The position numbers were made by a program, and so were the translations under genes. From assembly GCA_963708135.1 (NCBI GenBank), contig OY970192.1, positions 4,512,001 through 4,576,000 on the forward strand: a stretch of DNA of 64,000 nt, in the 5' to 3' direction. Positions 40,495 through 51,938 of this stretch are shown here, one piece after another (position 1 is the stretch's first letter; every line of letters begins with the position of its first letter). The DNA is from an uncultured Gemmatimonadales bacterium (GTDB lineage Bacteria; Gemmatimonadota; Gemmatimonadetes; Longimicrobiales; RSA9). The notes under the pieces were generated by a model, which saw only the letters and a program-made list of their open reading frames with translations, was not told where the DNA came from and did not search any database.

Positions 40495-40853
40495 ATCTCA
40501 CCGCCGCCCCCGGCACATCCACCGGCCTCCTCAGCGCCGCCACCGGCAGGAAGGGCTGCATCAGCGCCGCCAGCGCCAGGAGCGCCACCAGCACGAGTAG
40601 CACGAACCTGAGCAGCGGGCTCAGCCGTTCGGCCGCTCGCACCGGCACCGGGCTCTGCACCGGCGCCGTCATGCGCAGCCCGCCCGACTCCTGGAGCAGC
40701 GTCCTCATGTCCGCGCCGCAGCGCTGGCACGGGCGCTCCGCGTCGAAGTTGACGTGCCAGCAGTGCGGGCACACGGCGAGACCCGTCTCGGCCGGCAATG
40801 CGGCCGATCCCAGGCGCAGCCCCGTGACGAGCTCGCGCCACGAGCGAGTCCGG

Positions 40854-40876
<23 letters not shown>
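40493..40876 (-). CDS. Small zinc-ribbon membrane protein (hypothetical)
   Basis: CPHC-x10-CQRC followed by one TM helix; overlaps the prkA 3' end. Start uncertain. Confidence 0.65.
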
Positions 40877-42953
<2,077 letters not shown>

Positions 42954-43049
42954 CGCTCCTACTCCTTCGAAGGGACCGGCTATGCGGGTGCGTTGGAGGC
43001 TGTATGGGCTACACGGCCCGGAACGGCGGAGTTCCTGGCCGGAACGCGT

Positions 43050-43784
43050 TCAGTTGCCGCGCGGCCGACCCCTGAACTCCGCCGCGACCTGCCGCAGCAG
43101 GCGCTCCACCGGGTCGCCGCCGCGCGGCGTGAGATAGCGGTCGGAGAGCCGGTTCAGTGCCACGCGCAGCCGCGGAAACTCGTCGGCACAGCTGCGGTAG
43201 AGGTCGTCCAGCCCCCACGTCTCGGCGTCGCTCGTCTGCGCCGCCAGGCGGTAGCCGTGGGCGCCCAGCTCCTCGTAGTACGACAGTCCGGGCGCGCCTC
43301 GCCGCCCCCGCCGCCCCTCGACCCAGTCCGGGTACAGCCCGCTGACCCAGAGCGCGAACTCCCCGAGGTGCGCCCGCAGCAGGAAGCCGCGCCGGCCCGG
43401 CGCATCGACCCGGGCCACGATCTCCGTCAGGTACCGCATCTCCTCGCCGTCGCCCTCTTCCACCACCCACGCCCGGTTGCGCTGACCGTACTCCAGCAGC
43501 AAGGCCGCCAGGTAGTCGGCCGTCGTGCGGTCTCCCAGGTCGCCCTCCAGCAGCGCGTGGCGGACCAGCAGGTAGAACAGCAGCGCCGCGGGGACCGTCG
43601 AGAGACCGGGGCCGGCAAGCAGCGCGTTGAGCGTGCGGGGATCGTCCAGAAGCGCGTCGAACCCCTCTGTCCGGAGCCGCTCCTCCTCCCGCTCCCGCGC
43701 GGCCGTGTCGCCGCGCGTCAGCACTCCGATCACCAGGTTCGCCTCGGCACGGCCGAATGCTCCACGCACGTTCGGTAGGATCAT
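43050..43784 (-). CDS. Conserved hypothetical protein upstream of prkA
   Basis: 244 aa with host-like codon usage and a GGAGG RBS; contains HLGEFALWVSGLYPD...YYEELG. Confidence 0.75.
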   Translation of the reverse strand: MILPNVRGAFGRAEANLVIGVLTRGDTAAREREEERLRTEGFDALLDDPRTLNALLAGPGLSTVPAALLFYLLVRHALLEGDLGDRTTADYLAALLLEYGQRNRAWVVEEGDGEEMRYLTEIVARVDAPGRRGFLLRAHLGEFALWVSGLYPDWVEGRRGRRGAPGLSYYEELGAHGYRLAAQTSDAETWGLDDLYRSCADEFPRLRVALNRLSDRYLTPRGGDPVERLLRQVAAEFRGRPRGN

Positions 43785-43892
43785 TCCGCTGCCTCCCTCT
43801 CATGGAACGATTCCAGCCCGCCGCCGCTTGCTCGCGACCCCGTGCGCGTCTAAGTTGCCCCGGGTCGAGCGGCTAACGGCAAGTCCCGCCTA

Positions 43893-43909
43893 CGCATTCG
43901 GCATACCGG
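43893..43909 (-). promoter_or_regulatory. Candidate sigma54 (-24/-12) promoter
   Basis: Minus strand reads CCGGTATGCCGAATGCG, with GG-N10-GC spacing, about 110 bp upstream of the operon's first gene. Confidence 0.3.
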
Positions 43910-44191
43910 CATCGGCTGGCCCACCTGGCATATCCGCGCGATGGAACGGCGAAGAATCGCCGCCGGGGCGCCGGACGTCGGCGGAACGGCGCGGCAGATG
44001 TCGGTGTGAAAAAGCAGTTCGGCTGGAAGAGGTCGCGGACCGCGACCGGCGCGGCTTGAGACCCTCGCCGCATGGGGATACCGGATGTCGCCCGCGTACC
44101 ATCGAACCTAAACCGCCGTCCAGACGAAAGTCAAGGGAAGTTGGCGGGGGCGCGCCGAGCGTAGTCGCGCACAACGTGGGAGGAGCGTCGG

Positions 44192-44902
44192 ATGAGCGGA
44201 AGAATCGGGTGGGCACTCGGGGCCGCGGCGGCCCTGTCGGCGTGCGCCGTGAACCTGGGCGGGCCGAAGCCGATCGACTACAACGCCCTCGCCATCGACG
44301 TCGGCGCGGGCACGACCGCCGCGCAGGCGGCGGCCAGCGTCAAGCAGGCCGGCGCAAACCTCGTGCTGGTCTCCGCCACGGCGGACAGCGCCTGGTTCGC
44401 CGAGCTCGCCCGCCAGACGGGTCTCGTGCTGAGCGGCCCCGGCCGCGCCGATTCCCTCGGCCTCGCCTTCCTCGCCGCCAAGCCCGTCGGCGACACGACG
44501 GCCACCCTCGCCGTCGCGAACGCCGCGCCGGTTACGCTCCACGACGCGCTCTACCAGCCGCAGAAGGAGCGCTACCTCGACCTCCTCGAGGTGCACATCC
44601 CCGGCGGCAGCGCCCACGACGTGGCGCAGGCGCTGCTCCGCTACGTCGCCTCGGATGTCATGTCCGCCTCGGCCGTCGTGCTCGCCATGACCAGCCCCGA
44701 CCCCGCGCTCGCCGACTCCGTGGCCACTCTCATCCGGCCGGCCTTCCTCGATGCCCGCGACTGCATGAAGAAGCGCGCGTCCACCTCGGCGGTCCGGCTG
44801 ATGTACGGCCCCGAGACGCGAACCCGCTGCACCGACGCCGAGGTGGTCGCGATTCCCTGGACGGGCGCCGCCGTGAGCGCGCAGCTCGTCGTTGCCCGGT
44901 GA
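44192..44902 (+). CDS. Hypothetical lipoprotein
   Basis: Lipobox LSAC after a hydrophobic signal; GGAGGAG RBS. Confidence 0.7.
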   Translation: MSGRIGWALGAAAALSACAVNLGGPKPIDYNALAIDVGAGTTAAQAAASVKQAGANLVLVSATADSAWFAELARQTGLVLSGPGRADSLGLAFLAAKPVGDTTATLAVANAAPVTLHDALYQPQKERYLDLLEVHIPGGSAHDVAQALLRYVASDVMSASAVVLAMTSPDPALADSVATLIRPAFLDARDCMKKRASTSAVRLMYGPETRTRCTDAEVVAIPWTGAAVSAQLVVAR

Positions 44903-44909
44903 GCCGCCC

Positions 44910-46670
44910 GTGAGCGAACACTTCCGTTTCCCGCGCGCGCCCAATCACGCCGACCGGATCCAGTGGCGGCCCTGGGGGCAGGACGCCTTTGACGAGGCGG
45001 CGCGGGAGGATCGGCCGCTGCTCCTCAACCTGACGGCCGTCTGGTGCCAGTTCTGTCGCGAGATGGACGAGACGACGTTCTCGGATCCCGATGTCATCCA
45101 GATCCTGAACGATCGCCTCGTGCCCGTGCGCGTCGACGCCGACCGCCATCCCGAGGTGCAGGACCGCTACATCGCCGGCGGCTGGCCGACCAACGCGTTT
45201 CTCACGCCCACCGGCGAGGTGCTCTGGGTGGGGACCTTCCTGCCGGTGGGCGAGCTGCTCGGTGTGGCGCGCAGCGTACTCGGCGCGTGGGGCTCAAAGC
45301 GCGATGAGCTCGAGCTCGAGGTCGGGCGCCGCCGCCGCGCGCTCGAGGCCGCGCGCTCGCGCCGCCCCGCCATGGGGCTCGTCCGCCGCGACGCCGCCGA
45401 GGACGTGCTGAACGGCGTCCGCGCCTCCTACGACCAGCGCAACGGCGGCTTCGGGCAGGCACCGAAGTTCCCCTATCCCGACGCCATGGAGCTCCTCGTC
45501 GCGCACGCCGCTCGCTCCGGCGACGTGACCTGGCGCGAGATGGCCGTGCGGACGCTGGACGGAATGGTCGCCGGCGAGCTGTGCGACAACGTCGAGGGCG
45601 GCTTCTTCCGCTACGCCCTGGCCGAGGACTGGACCCAGCCGCGTCACGAGAAGCTGCTCGCCACGTGCGCCGGACTCGTCCGCGACTACGCGCTCGGCGC
45701 TCGCCTGGAGGGCCGCGCCGACTGGCGGGAGCTCGCGGAGCGGGGCGTCGCCTGGGTCGATGCCACCCTGCGCCGCGACGATGGATTCTGGGGCGGCAGC
45801 CAGGCCGCCGACGAGACCTACTTCTCCGCCGGCGCGCAGGAGCGCGCCGGAATGCCCGCCCCGCGTATCGACCGCTCGATCTACACCTCCGCCGTCGCCT
45901 CCTGGATCCGCACCCTCGCCGAGGCCGGCGCCGGTCTTGGCCGCGCCGCCTGGGTGGACGCGGCCGCCGCCGCGTTTCCCCGGCTCCTCGAGCGCATGCG
46001 GGCCGGCAATGGGCTCCTCCATCATTACGAGGACGAGGACGAGCCGACTCCGGCGGTCCCCGGGCTCCTCGTGGATGCGCTGGAGGCCGCGCGCGCGGGC
46101 GTCGCCCTGAACCAGGTGACCGGCAACGCGGCCGCCCTCGAGACCGCCGCCGCGCTGGCGCACGCCATCGAGCGACACCTCTGGGCCGACGGCGGCGGGT
46201 TCCTCGACCGCGCGCACGAGGCCGGCGAGAGCGGCGCCCTGCGCTACCGCGACATGCCGTTCGAGGCGAACGCGCAGGCCGCCCGGCTGCTGCTCGACCT
46301 CCATCACGCCACCGGCGAGCGCAGCTGGCGCGCCCTCGCCGAGCGCGTCCTGGCCACGCTCTCGCCGCTCGCCGGCCGCCACGAGGTCGCCGGAGCCGCG
46401 TTCGCGCTCGGCGTCGAGGAGTACTTCCAGCCGCCGCCCGCGTTCGTGCTGATCGGCGAGGGCGAGGCGGCCGCCGCGCTGCGTGCCGCCGCCCTCGCCC
46501 TACCCCTGCCCGCACGACGTCTGTGGACGCTCCCCTCGGGCGGCCGCATCCTGGGCCGCAGCTTCGCGGCCGCGCCGGCCCCGGAGATCCTCCTTTCCGG
46601 ACCGCACGGCTGGTCCGCCCCGGTGCGCGCGCCTGAGGCGCTGGCGGACGCCGTCGCGGGCGTGCTCTAG
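44910..46670 (+). CDS. YyaL/Spata20-like protein (DUF255 thioredoxin domain and six-hairpin domain)
   Basis: IQWRPWGQDAF, WCQFCREMD, GGWPTNAFLTP, GGFGQAPKFP and GGFFRY. Confidence 0.87.
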   Translation: MSEHFRFPRAPNHADRIQWRPWGQDAFDEAAREDRPLLLNLTAVWCQFCREMDETTFSDPDVIQILNDRLVPVRVDADRHPEVQDRYIAGGWPTNAFLTPTGEVLWVGTFLPVGELLGVARSVLGAWGSKRDELELEVGRRRRALEAARSRRPAMGLVRRDAAEDVLNGVRASYDQRNGGFGQAPKFPYPDAMELLVAHAARSGDVTWREMAVRTLDGMVAGELCDNVEGGFFRYALAEDWTQPRHEKLLATCAGLVRDYALGARLEGRADWRELAERGVAWVDATLRRDDGFWGGSQAADETYFSAGAQERAGMPAPRIDRSIYTSAVASWIRTLAEAGAGLGRAAWVDAAAAAFPRLLERMRAGNGLLHHYEDEDEPTPAVPGLLVDALEAARAGVALNQVTGNAAALETAAALAHAIERHLWADGGGFLDRAHEAGESGALRYRDMPFEANAQAARLLLDLHHATGERSWRALAERVLATLSPLAGRHEVAGAAFALGVEEYFQPPPAFVLIGEGEAAAALRAAALALPLPARRLWTLPSGGRILGRSFAAAPAPEILLSGPHGWSAPVRAPEALADAVAGVL

Positions 46671-46680
46671 GCCTCTCCTC

Positions 46681-47808
46681 GTGGACGCCGAGCGGGGGCC
46701 GCTGCGCGCCGAGCTCACGCGGGCGTTCGCCGACGGTGCGGACACGACCTGGCCGGACGAGCGCTTCGACACCCTCGCCCGCCGCATCTTCCACTATCAG
46801 TTCGAGCGGGTGCCCGCGTACGGCGCCTACTGCCGCCGTCGCGGAGCCACGCCGGACCGCGTCAACCACTGGACCGGCATCCCGGCGGTGCCCACCGCCG
46901 CCTTCAAGGAGGTCGCCCTTGCGGCCGGCGGCGGCGCGGACGCGCAGGCGGTGTTCCGGACCAGCGGCACGACCCGCGGGCGGGAGCGCAGGGGCGTCCA
47001 CCACATCCTCGAGCTCGCCCTCTACCACGGCTCGCTGATCGCCGCCTTCCAGGCCTTCCTGCTCCCCGACGGCGCCCACCTCCCGATCCTCTCGCTGGTG
47101 CCGCGCGCCATCGACGTGCCGGACTCGTCCCTCTCCCACATGGTGGACACCCTCATGGAGCGCCTCGGCAAGGCGGGCGGAGGCCATTACGCTGATCCGG
47201 CGGGCGGGCTGGACGACGTCCGGCTCGATCCCGACCTGGACGCCCACGAGGCGGCCGGGACGCCGGTGCTTCTGCTCGGCACGTCCCTCGCCTTCGCTCA
47301 CTGGCTCGACCGCCTCTCCGCGGCGGGCCGGCGGCACCGCCTGCCCCTCGGGTCGCGCCTCATGGACACCGGCGGGTTCAAGGGCCGGCGCCGGCAGGTC
47401 GATGCCGCGGAGTTGCGCCACGCGTACGGCGATCGGCTCGGCGTCCCCGACGACCACTGCGTGAACGAGTACGGAATGACAGAGATGCTGTCGCAGCTCT
47501 ACGACGCGGCGCTGCGCGACGCCGTGCGCGGCGGCGCGGGGGAGCCCCGCCGCAAGCAGGGTCCGCCGTGGGTCCGCTCGCTCGTGGTCGATCCCGAGAC
47601 GCTGGAGCCTCTGCCGGAAGGCAGCGAGGGGCTGCTCCGCCACGTGGACCTTGCCAACCTCGACGGAGTCGCCGCCATCCAGACCGAGGACTTCGCCCGC
47701 TCGACTGGCGACGGCCTGCTCCTCCTCGGCCGCGCCGCCGGCGCGCCGCCGCGTGGCTGCTCGATCGCCATGGACCTGCTCATCGAGGCGGCGGAACGGG
47801 ACCGGTGA
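46681..47808 (+). CDS. LuxE-like acyl-protein synthetase
   Basis: IPAVPTAAFK, FRTSGTT, MDTGGFKGR, EYGMTEMLSQ, DLAN...IQTED and C-terminal RGCS. Confidence 0.85.
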   Translation: MDAERGPLRAELTRAFADGADTTWPDERFDTLARRIFHYQFERVPAYGAYCRRRGATPDRVNHWTGIPAVPTAAFKEVALAAGGGADAQAVFRTSGTTRGRERRGVHHILELALYHGSLIAAFQAFLLPDGAHLPILSLVPRAIDVPDSSLSHMVDTLMERLGKAGGGHYADPAGGLDDVRLDPDLDAHEAAGTPVLLLGTSLAFAHWLDRLSAAGRRHRLPLGSRLMDTGGFKGRRRQVDAAELRHAYGDRLGVPDDHCVNEYGMTEMLSQLYDAALRDAVRGGAGEPRRKQGPPWVRSLVVDPETLEPLPEGSEGLLRHVDLANLDGVAAIQTEDFARSTGDGLLLLGRAAGAPPRGCSIAMDLLIEAAERDR

Positions 47809-49211
47809 CCACCCTCGATGCGTTCCACCTGCCCGGCCTCGAGGAAGGCGACGTCGCCCGCTGGGAGTTCCGCGACTTCGACGCGTTCCGCCTCCGCTGG
47901 CCCCGGCTGCACCCCGCCGGCCTCTCCCGACAGGTGGCCCGGCTGCGCGCCGCCCGCGCGGCAGCCCTGCGCGACATGCCGGCCGAACGCGTGCTCGAGC
48001 GTATCGCCGCCGCGGCCGAGCGCCTGTGCGACCCCGCGCTGTCGCTACGCGCCACCGCGGAAGAGGCGCTGCCCGCAATCACCGGCTACTCGCGCCCGAT
48101 GGTGCGGCTCATCCTCGACCGCATGGCTCCGGACTGGACGGCCGCCGCCCTCGATCGCCTGCTCCGAGCCGAGCTCCCCGACCCGCGCGTCCTCGACCGG
48201 TTCCGCCCCCATCCGGATGCCGCGCAGACCTGGGTACGGGCGTTCGGGCCCGCTCTCGCCTTCCACGTCTTCTCGGGAAACGTGCCGGGCGTCGCCGTCA
48301 CGGCCATTCTGCGCGCGCTCCTGGTCAAGGCCGCGGTCCTCGGCAAGACCGCGTCCGGCGAACCGCTCCTGGCCCCGCTCTTCGCCCGCGCCCTCGCCGC
48401 TGTCGATCCGGCGCTCGGCCGGACGGTCGCGCTCACGTACTGGCCGGGCGGAACCGAAGCCCTCGAGGAAGTCGCGTTCCGCGAGGCCGACGCGGTAGTG
48501 GTCTACGGCGGCGAGGAGGTCGAGCGGGAGGCGCGGCGCCGGATGGAGGTCGGCGCCCGGCTGGTCGTCCACGGGCCGCGCTACTCGCTCGGGCTCGTCG
48601 GGCGGGAGGCGCTCTCGGAGGTCGCGGCGCCGGCCGTCGCCCGGGCGGTCGCGCGCGCGGTCGCCATCTTCGACCAGCACGGCTGCGTCTCGCCGCACCT
48701 CGTCTACGCCGAGCGTGGCGCCGCCGTGGCTCCTCGTGCCTTCGCGCGCCTCATCGCCGACGCGCTCCGGACGCTCGAGGAGGAGCTGCCGCGAGGCCCG
48801 ATCACCGGAGCCGAGGCCGCCCTCATCCATCAGGAGAGGGCCGCGGCGGAGTTCCGCGGCCACGCGGGTGGCGCCGGCGAGGTCCTTGCCGGCAGCGGCA
48901 CCTCCTTCACGGTGGCCTACGAGGAATCGCCCCGCTTCGAGCCGTCCTGCCTGAACCGGTTCCTTCGCGTGAAGCCGCTGGACGAGCTCGACGACGCGGC
49001 CGGGCACGTGCGGCCGTTCGGGCGTTACCTGCAGACCGTGGGGCTGGCCGTGGACACGGGGCGAGCGGCCGCGCTGGCGGAAGCGTTCGGCCGCCTGGGC
49101 GCCTCGCGCATCGCGCCCTTCGACGCCGTCCCGTGGCCGCCGCCCTCATGGCATCACGACGGCCGCGGGCCCCTCCGCGAGCTGCTCCGCTGGACGGACA
49201 TGGAGCCGTGA
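47805..49211 (+). CDS. LuxC-like acyl-CoA reductase
   Basis: HVFSGNVPG, VVYGG, HGPRYS and FDQHGCVSPH (catalytic Cys position). GTGA overlap with the luxE-like gene. Confidence 0.85.
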   Translation: MTTLDAFHLPGLEEGDVARWEFRDFDAFRLRWPRLHPAGLSRQVARLRAARAAALRDMPAERVLERIAAAAERLCDPALSLRATAEEALPAITGYSRPMVRLILDRMAPDWTAAALDRLLRAELPDPRVLDRFRPHPDAAQTWVRAFGPALAFHVFSGNVPGVAVTAILRALLVKAAVLGKTASGEPLLAPLFARALAAVDPALGRTVALTYWPGGTEALEEVAFREADAVVVYGGEEVEREARRRMEVGARLVVHGPRYSLGLVGREALSEVAAPAVARAVARAVAIFDQHGCVSPHLVYAERGAAVAPRAFARLIADALRTLEEELPRGPITGAEAALIHQERAAAEFRGHAGGAGEVLAGSGTSFTVAYEESPRFEPSCLNRFLRVKPLDELDDAAGHVRPFGRYLQTVGLAVDTGRAAALAEAFGRLGASRIAPFDAVPWPPPSWHHDGRGPLRELLRWTDMEP

Positions 49212-49236
49212 CGCGCGCAACGCCCGCCGCGCCCTC

Positions 49237-49746
49237 TCACGCCCCGCCCGCCACGAGCTCGCGCAGTACGCGCGCATCCCCGTCCGTGTAACCGTAGAGC
49301 ACCACCTCCGCTACCGGCGTCTCCTCCTCGAGATGGCGCCCGATCGCCTCCAGCATCACCGCGGCGGAGCGCCGCAGCGGGAAACCGCCCACGCCGGCGC
49401 CGAGGATCGGCAGTGCCACGCTCCTGGCGCCCAGGTCTGCCGCGATCCGGAGCGCCGCCGCCGTGGCCGACCGGATCCTCTCGGCGCTCGCAGGCTCGTC
49501 CCCCATCGCGGCCGCGTGGATCACCCACCGCGCCGGCAGGGCGCCCCCGCCCGTCGCGACGGCCTCCCCCACCCGGATCGGTCCGTGTTCCCGCACGTAC
49601 GCATCGCACTCCGCCTGGACCGCTGGACCGCCCCGCCGCCGGATCGCCCCGGCCACGCCGGCACCCAGCTGCAGGTGGTTGTTCGCCGCGTTCACGACCG
49701 CGTCGCCGTCGAACGTGCTGACGTCTCCCTGCTCGACCCGGATCAT
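49237..49746 (-). CDS. Macro domain protein (YmdB-like ADP-ribose binding/hydrolase)
   Basis: [24 protein letters not shown] and [13 protein letters not shown]. Confidence 0.92.
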   Translation of the reverse strand: MIRVEQGDVSTFDGDAVVNAANNHLQLGAGVAGAIRRRGGPAVQAECDAYVREHGPIRVGEAVATGGGALPARWVIHAAAMGDEPASAERIRSATAAALRIAADLGARSVALPILGAGVGGFPLRRSAAVMLEAIGRHLEEETPVAEVVLYGYTDGDARVLRELVAGGA

Positions 49747-49852
49747 GCGTCTGCCCCCGTCTCCGCTTTTGATGAAACACGGAAGTTGTCATGACATGCA
49801 CATCGTTACATAGCAACGTGTTGTGCAGATTTCCACAGCGGATTTATTCGTC

Positions 49853-49869
49853 TTGGAATACGCCTTGCA
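49853..49869 (+). promoter_or_regulatory. Putative sigma54 promoter
   Basis: TTGGAATACGCCTTGCA matches YTGG-N8-TTGCW. It sits in an AT-rich island with the palindrome TGTCATGACA (49787-49796) upstream. Confidence 0.6.
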
Positions 49870-49933
49870 AACCGGCAGCCGGACGCAAGCGGAGCCGCAG
49901 CCCCGGCGTCGCCCCCTGCGAGCGGGAGAGGAT

Positions 49934-50439
49934 ATGGACCCCGAAGCGCTGTCAGACGAGGTCGGATCGGCCCGCCGCAGGCATGGCTGCGGCGGCCTCC
50001 GCGCCGGTGCCTGGGTGCTGGCCATCGCGACCGCGGCCGCGCTGGTCGCCGCCGATGGGGCCGGAGCCGCTGCGGGCCTCACGGCGCCGCGGGAGGTGGT
50101 GCCGGATGTTACGAGAATCCCTCGCTCGACCCCGGCGCGCGCAGCGGGGCCGGTGCGGTGGGACTCATGCAGGTCATGCCGCTGCACCGCGGCCATTGGC
50201 CGTGCGGCCCCGACCTGACCGACGTGGATGCGAACATCTGCTATGGGGCGCACATCTACGCCAGCGCGCTGCGTCGCTCGGGAGGCAACGTGGAGGGGGC
50301 CCTCCTGCGCTACAACGGCTGCGTGGCGGGCACCAACACGCCGGACTGCGCGCGCTATCCGAGCGAGGTCTTCGCGCGTGCGGGGCGCGCGAGCCTGCAG
50401 GCCTGGAGACGGCAGCCCCGCGCCGGCGTGGGGCGCTGA
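49934..50439 (+). pseudogene. Lytic transglycosylase (SLT domain), frameshifted and probably internally deleted
   Basis: ATG 49934 with RBS gives an N-terminal anchor. The SLT core ENPSLDPGARSGAGAVGLMQVMP...NICYG...ALLRYNG is in a different frame from about 50113 to 50439. Confidence 0.75.
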
Positions 50440-50496
50440 GCGGCGGCGCGTACGTGCGTACCCCTCGAGCGGGGTGCGCACGTACCGCCCCGCGCC

Positions 50497-50847
50497 TCAG
50501 ACGACCGTACTCGGAACCGTGGGCCGGATTTCGGCGCCCCGGACCCGCCGCCGCAGCAGCTCCTCGCGCGCGAGCCGCAGCACGTGCGTGTCATCGATCC
50601 GCTCGGCATCCCAGAAGCGCGTGAACGCGTTCCCCCGCCTCCCCTTCCGGTCACAGTCAACCGATCCTGCCGCGCCCCGTCGGTAGCTCAGGACGCAGCC
50701 ATCCCACGTGCCTCGCTTCACGGCACCCCGCTCGAGGTCGAGCGCGAGCTGCACGAGCCCGTCGTAGGAGAACTCCTCGAGCTCCGCCTGCAGCTCCGCA
50801 TCGGCATCCGCCATCCGGGGACTCGAGAGGAAGGAGAATAGCCACAT
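50497..50847 (-). CDS. Hypothetical protein (116 aa)
   Basis: Strong AGGAGG RBS and host-like codon usage; contains WDGCVLSY..G and GNAFTRFWD. Confidence 0.7.
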   Translation of the reverse strand: MWLFSFLSSPRMADADAELQAELEEFSYDGLVQLALDLERGAVKRGTWDGCVLSYRRGAAGSVDCDRKGRRGNAFTRFWDAERIDDTHVLRLAREELLRRRVRGAEIRPTVPSTVV

Positions 50848-51020
50848 ATGCAACCTCCTGCGTGGGAAACGACAACGGCGGGACGGGCCCGCACCGGGAT
50901 GGACGGAAGCGAGCAAGCGAGGGGGTCCCGCGCAGGCGCCGCCTCGCGCGTGGACCCCCTCTCCGTTGCCTGCCCCGGACGGCGTGCGAGCCGCCCGACA
51001 GGCTCAGTCAGCGCCCTGCA

Positions 51021-51938
51021 TTAAAGGTGCCGGGTCTCGGCAATGAGCGACCGGTGCAGCGAGAGCGCCGCCCGCACCCCTTCGGCCGCCGCCTGCACCG
51101 CCAGGTAGGGGGGGCCGGCCAGGTCGCCGGCCGCGTATACGCCAGCCACCGACGTTTCCTGCGAGCGGTCCACGGCCAGGTGGCCGCCCGCATGCGCCCG
51201 GCAGCCGAGCGTCTCACCGAGGGCGCAGCCGGGGCGCGAGCCGAGGTGAAAGAACACGCCTTCGAGCGGAATCCGCGTGCCGCCATCGAGCTCGGCATGG
51301 CGCAGCCGGCCCTCCCTCGAGACGAGCCGGACGACGCGCTCCGTCCGGACCGCCACCCCGTTCGACTCCAGCCGCGCCCTCTCGGCCGGTTCGAGCGCCG
51401 GGGCCGCCCCGTCGGTCAGCAGGGTCAGCCGCTCGGCCCAGGTCAGGAGGAAGAGCGCCAGCGCGGCGGCCTCCCGGTCCGCGCCCAGCACCCCGACCGA
51501 TGCACCCACCATGCTGGGCCCGTCGCAGTCGGGACAGTGGAACACCGAGCTGCCGTACGCCTCCACCAACCCGGCCACCTCGGGTACGATGTCACGCAGC
51601 CCGTACGCCAGCAAGAGGCGTCGGGCCGCCAGCGAATCGCCGCTCTCGAGCTGCAGGGCGAATGCGTCCTTCGCCCCCTGTGCAGCCTCGACCCGGCCCG
51701 GCGACACCTGCGCGCCTGCGCCCTGCGCCTGCTCCCGGAGCCGGCGTCGGAGCTCCGTCGGGCTCAGGTCAGGGAGCCCGGGATACCCGTGGACCGCCCA
51801 GGCCGGATCGTTGCGCGGACCTCCCGCGTCCACGACGCGGACACGCCGGCGATAGCGCGCCAGCCAAAGCGCCGCGGACAGCCCCGCGGGGCCGCCACCG
51901 ACCACGACGACGTCGTAGGGGTCCGGAGCGCGCCTCAT
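51021..51938 (-). CDS. Thioredoxin reductase-like NAD(P)/FAD oxidoreductase
   Basis: VVGGGPAGLSAA, FHCPDCDG and TSVAGVYAAGD. Confidence 0.88.
   Translation of the reverse strand: MRRAPDPYDVVVVGGGPAGLSAALWLARYRRRVRVVDAGGPRNDPAWAVHGYPGLPDLSPTELRRRLREQAQGAGAQVSPGRVEAAQGAKDAFALQLESGDSLAARRLLLAYGLRDIVPEVAGLVEAYGSSVFHCPDCDGPSMVGASVGVLGADREAAALALFLLTWAERLTLLTDGAAPALEPAERARLESNGVAVRTERVVRLVSREGRLRHAELDGGTRIPLEGVFFHLGSRPGCALGETLGCRAHAGGHLAVDRSQETSVAGVYAAGDLAGPPYLAVQAAAEGVRAALSLHRSLIAETRHL

Noticed and set aside
43925..43941. TGGCAT sigma54-like site on the + strand
   Set aside because: The GC dinucleotide is not at the required -12 spacing.
46681..49211. Bioluminescence operon
   Set aside because: No luxA, luxB or luxD in the window.
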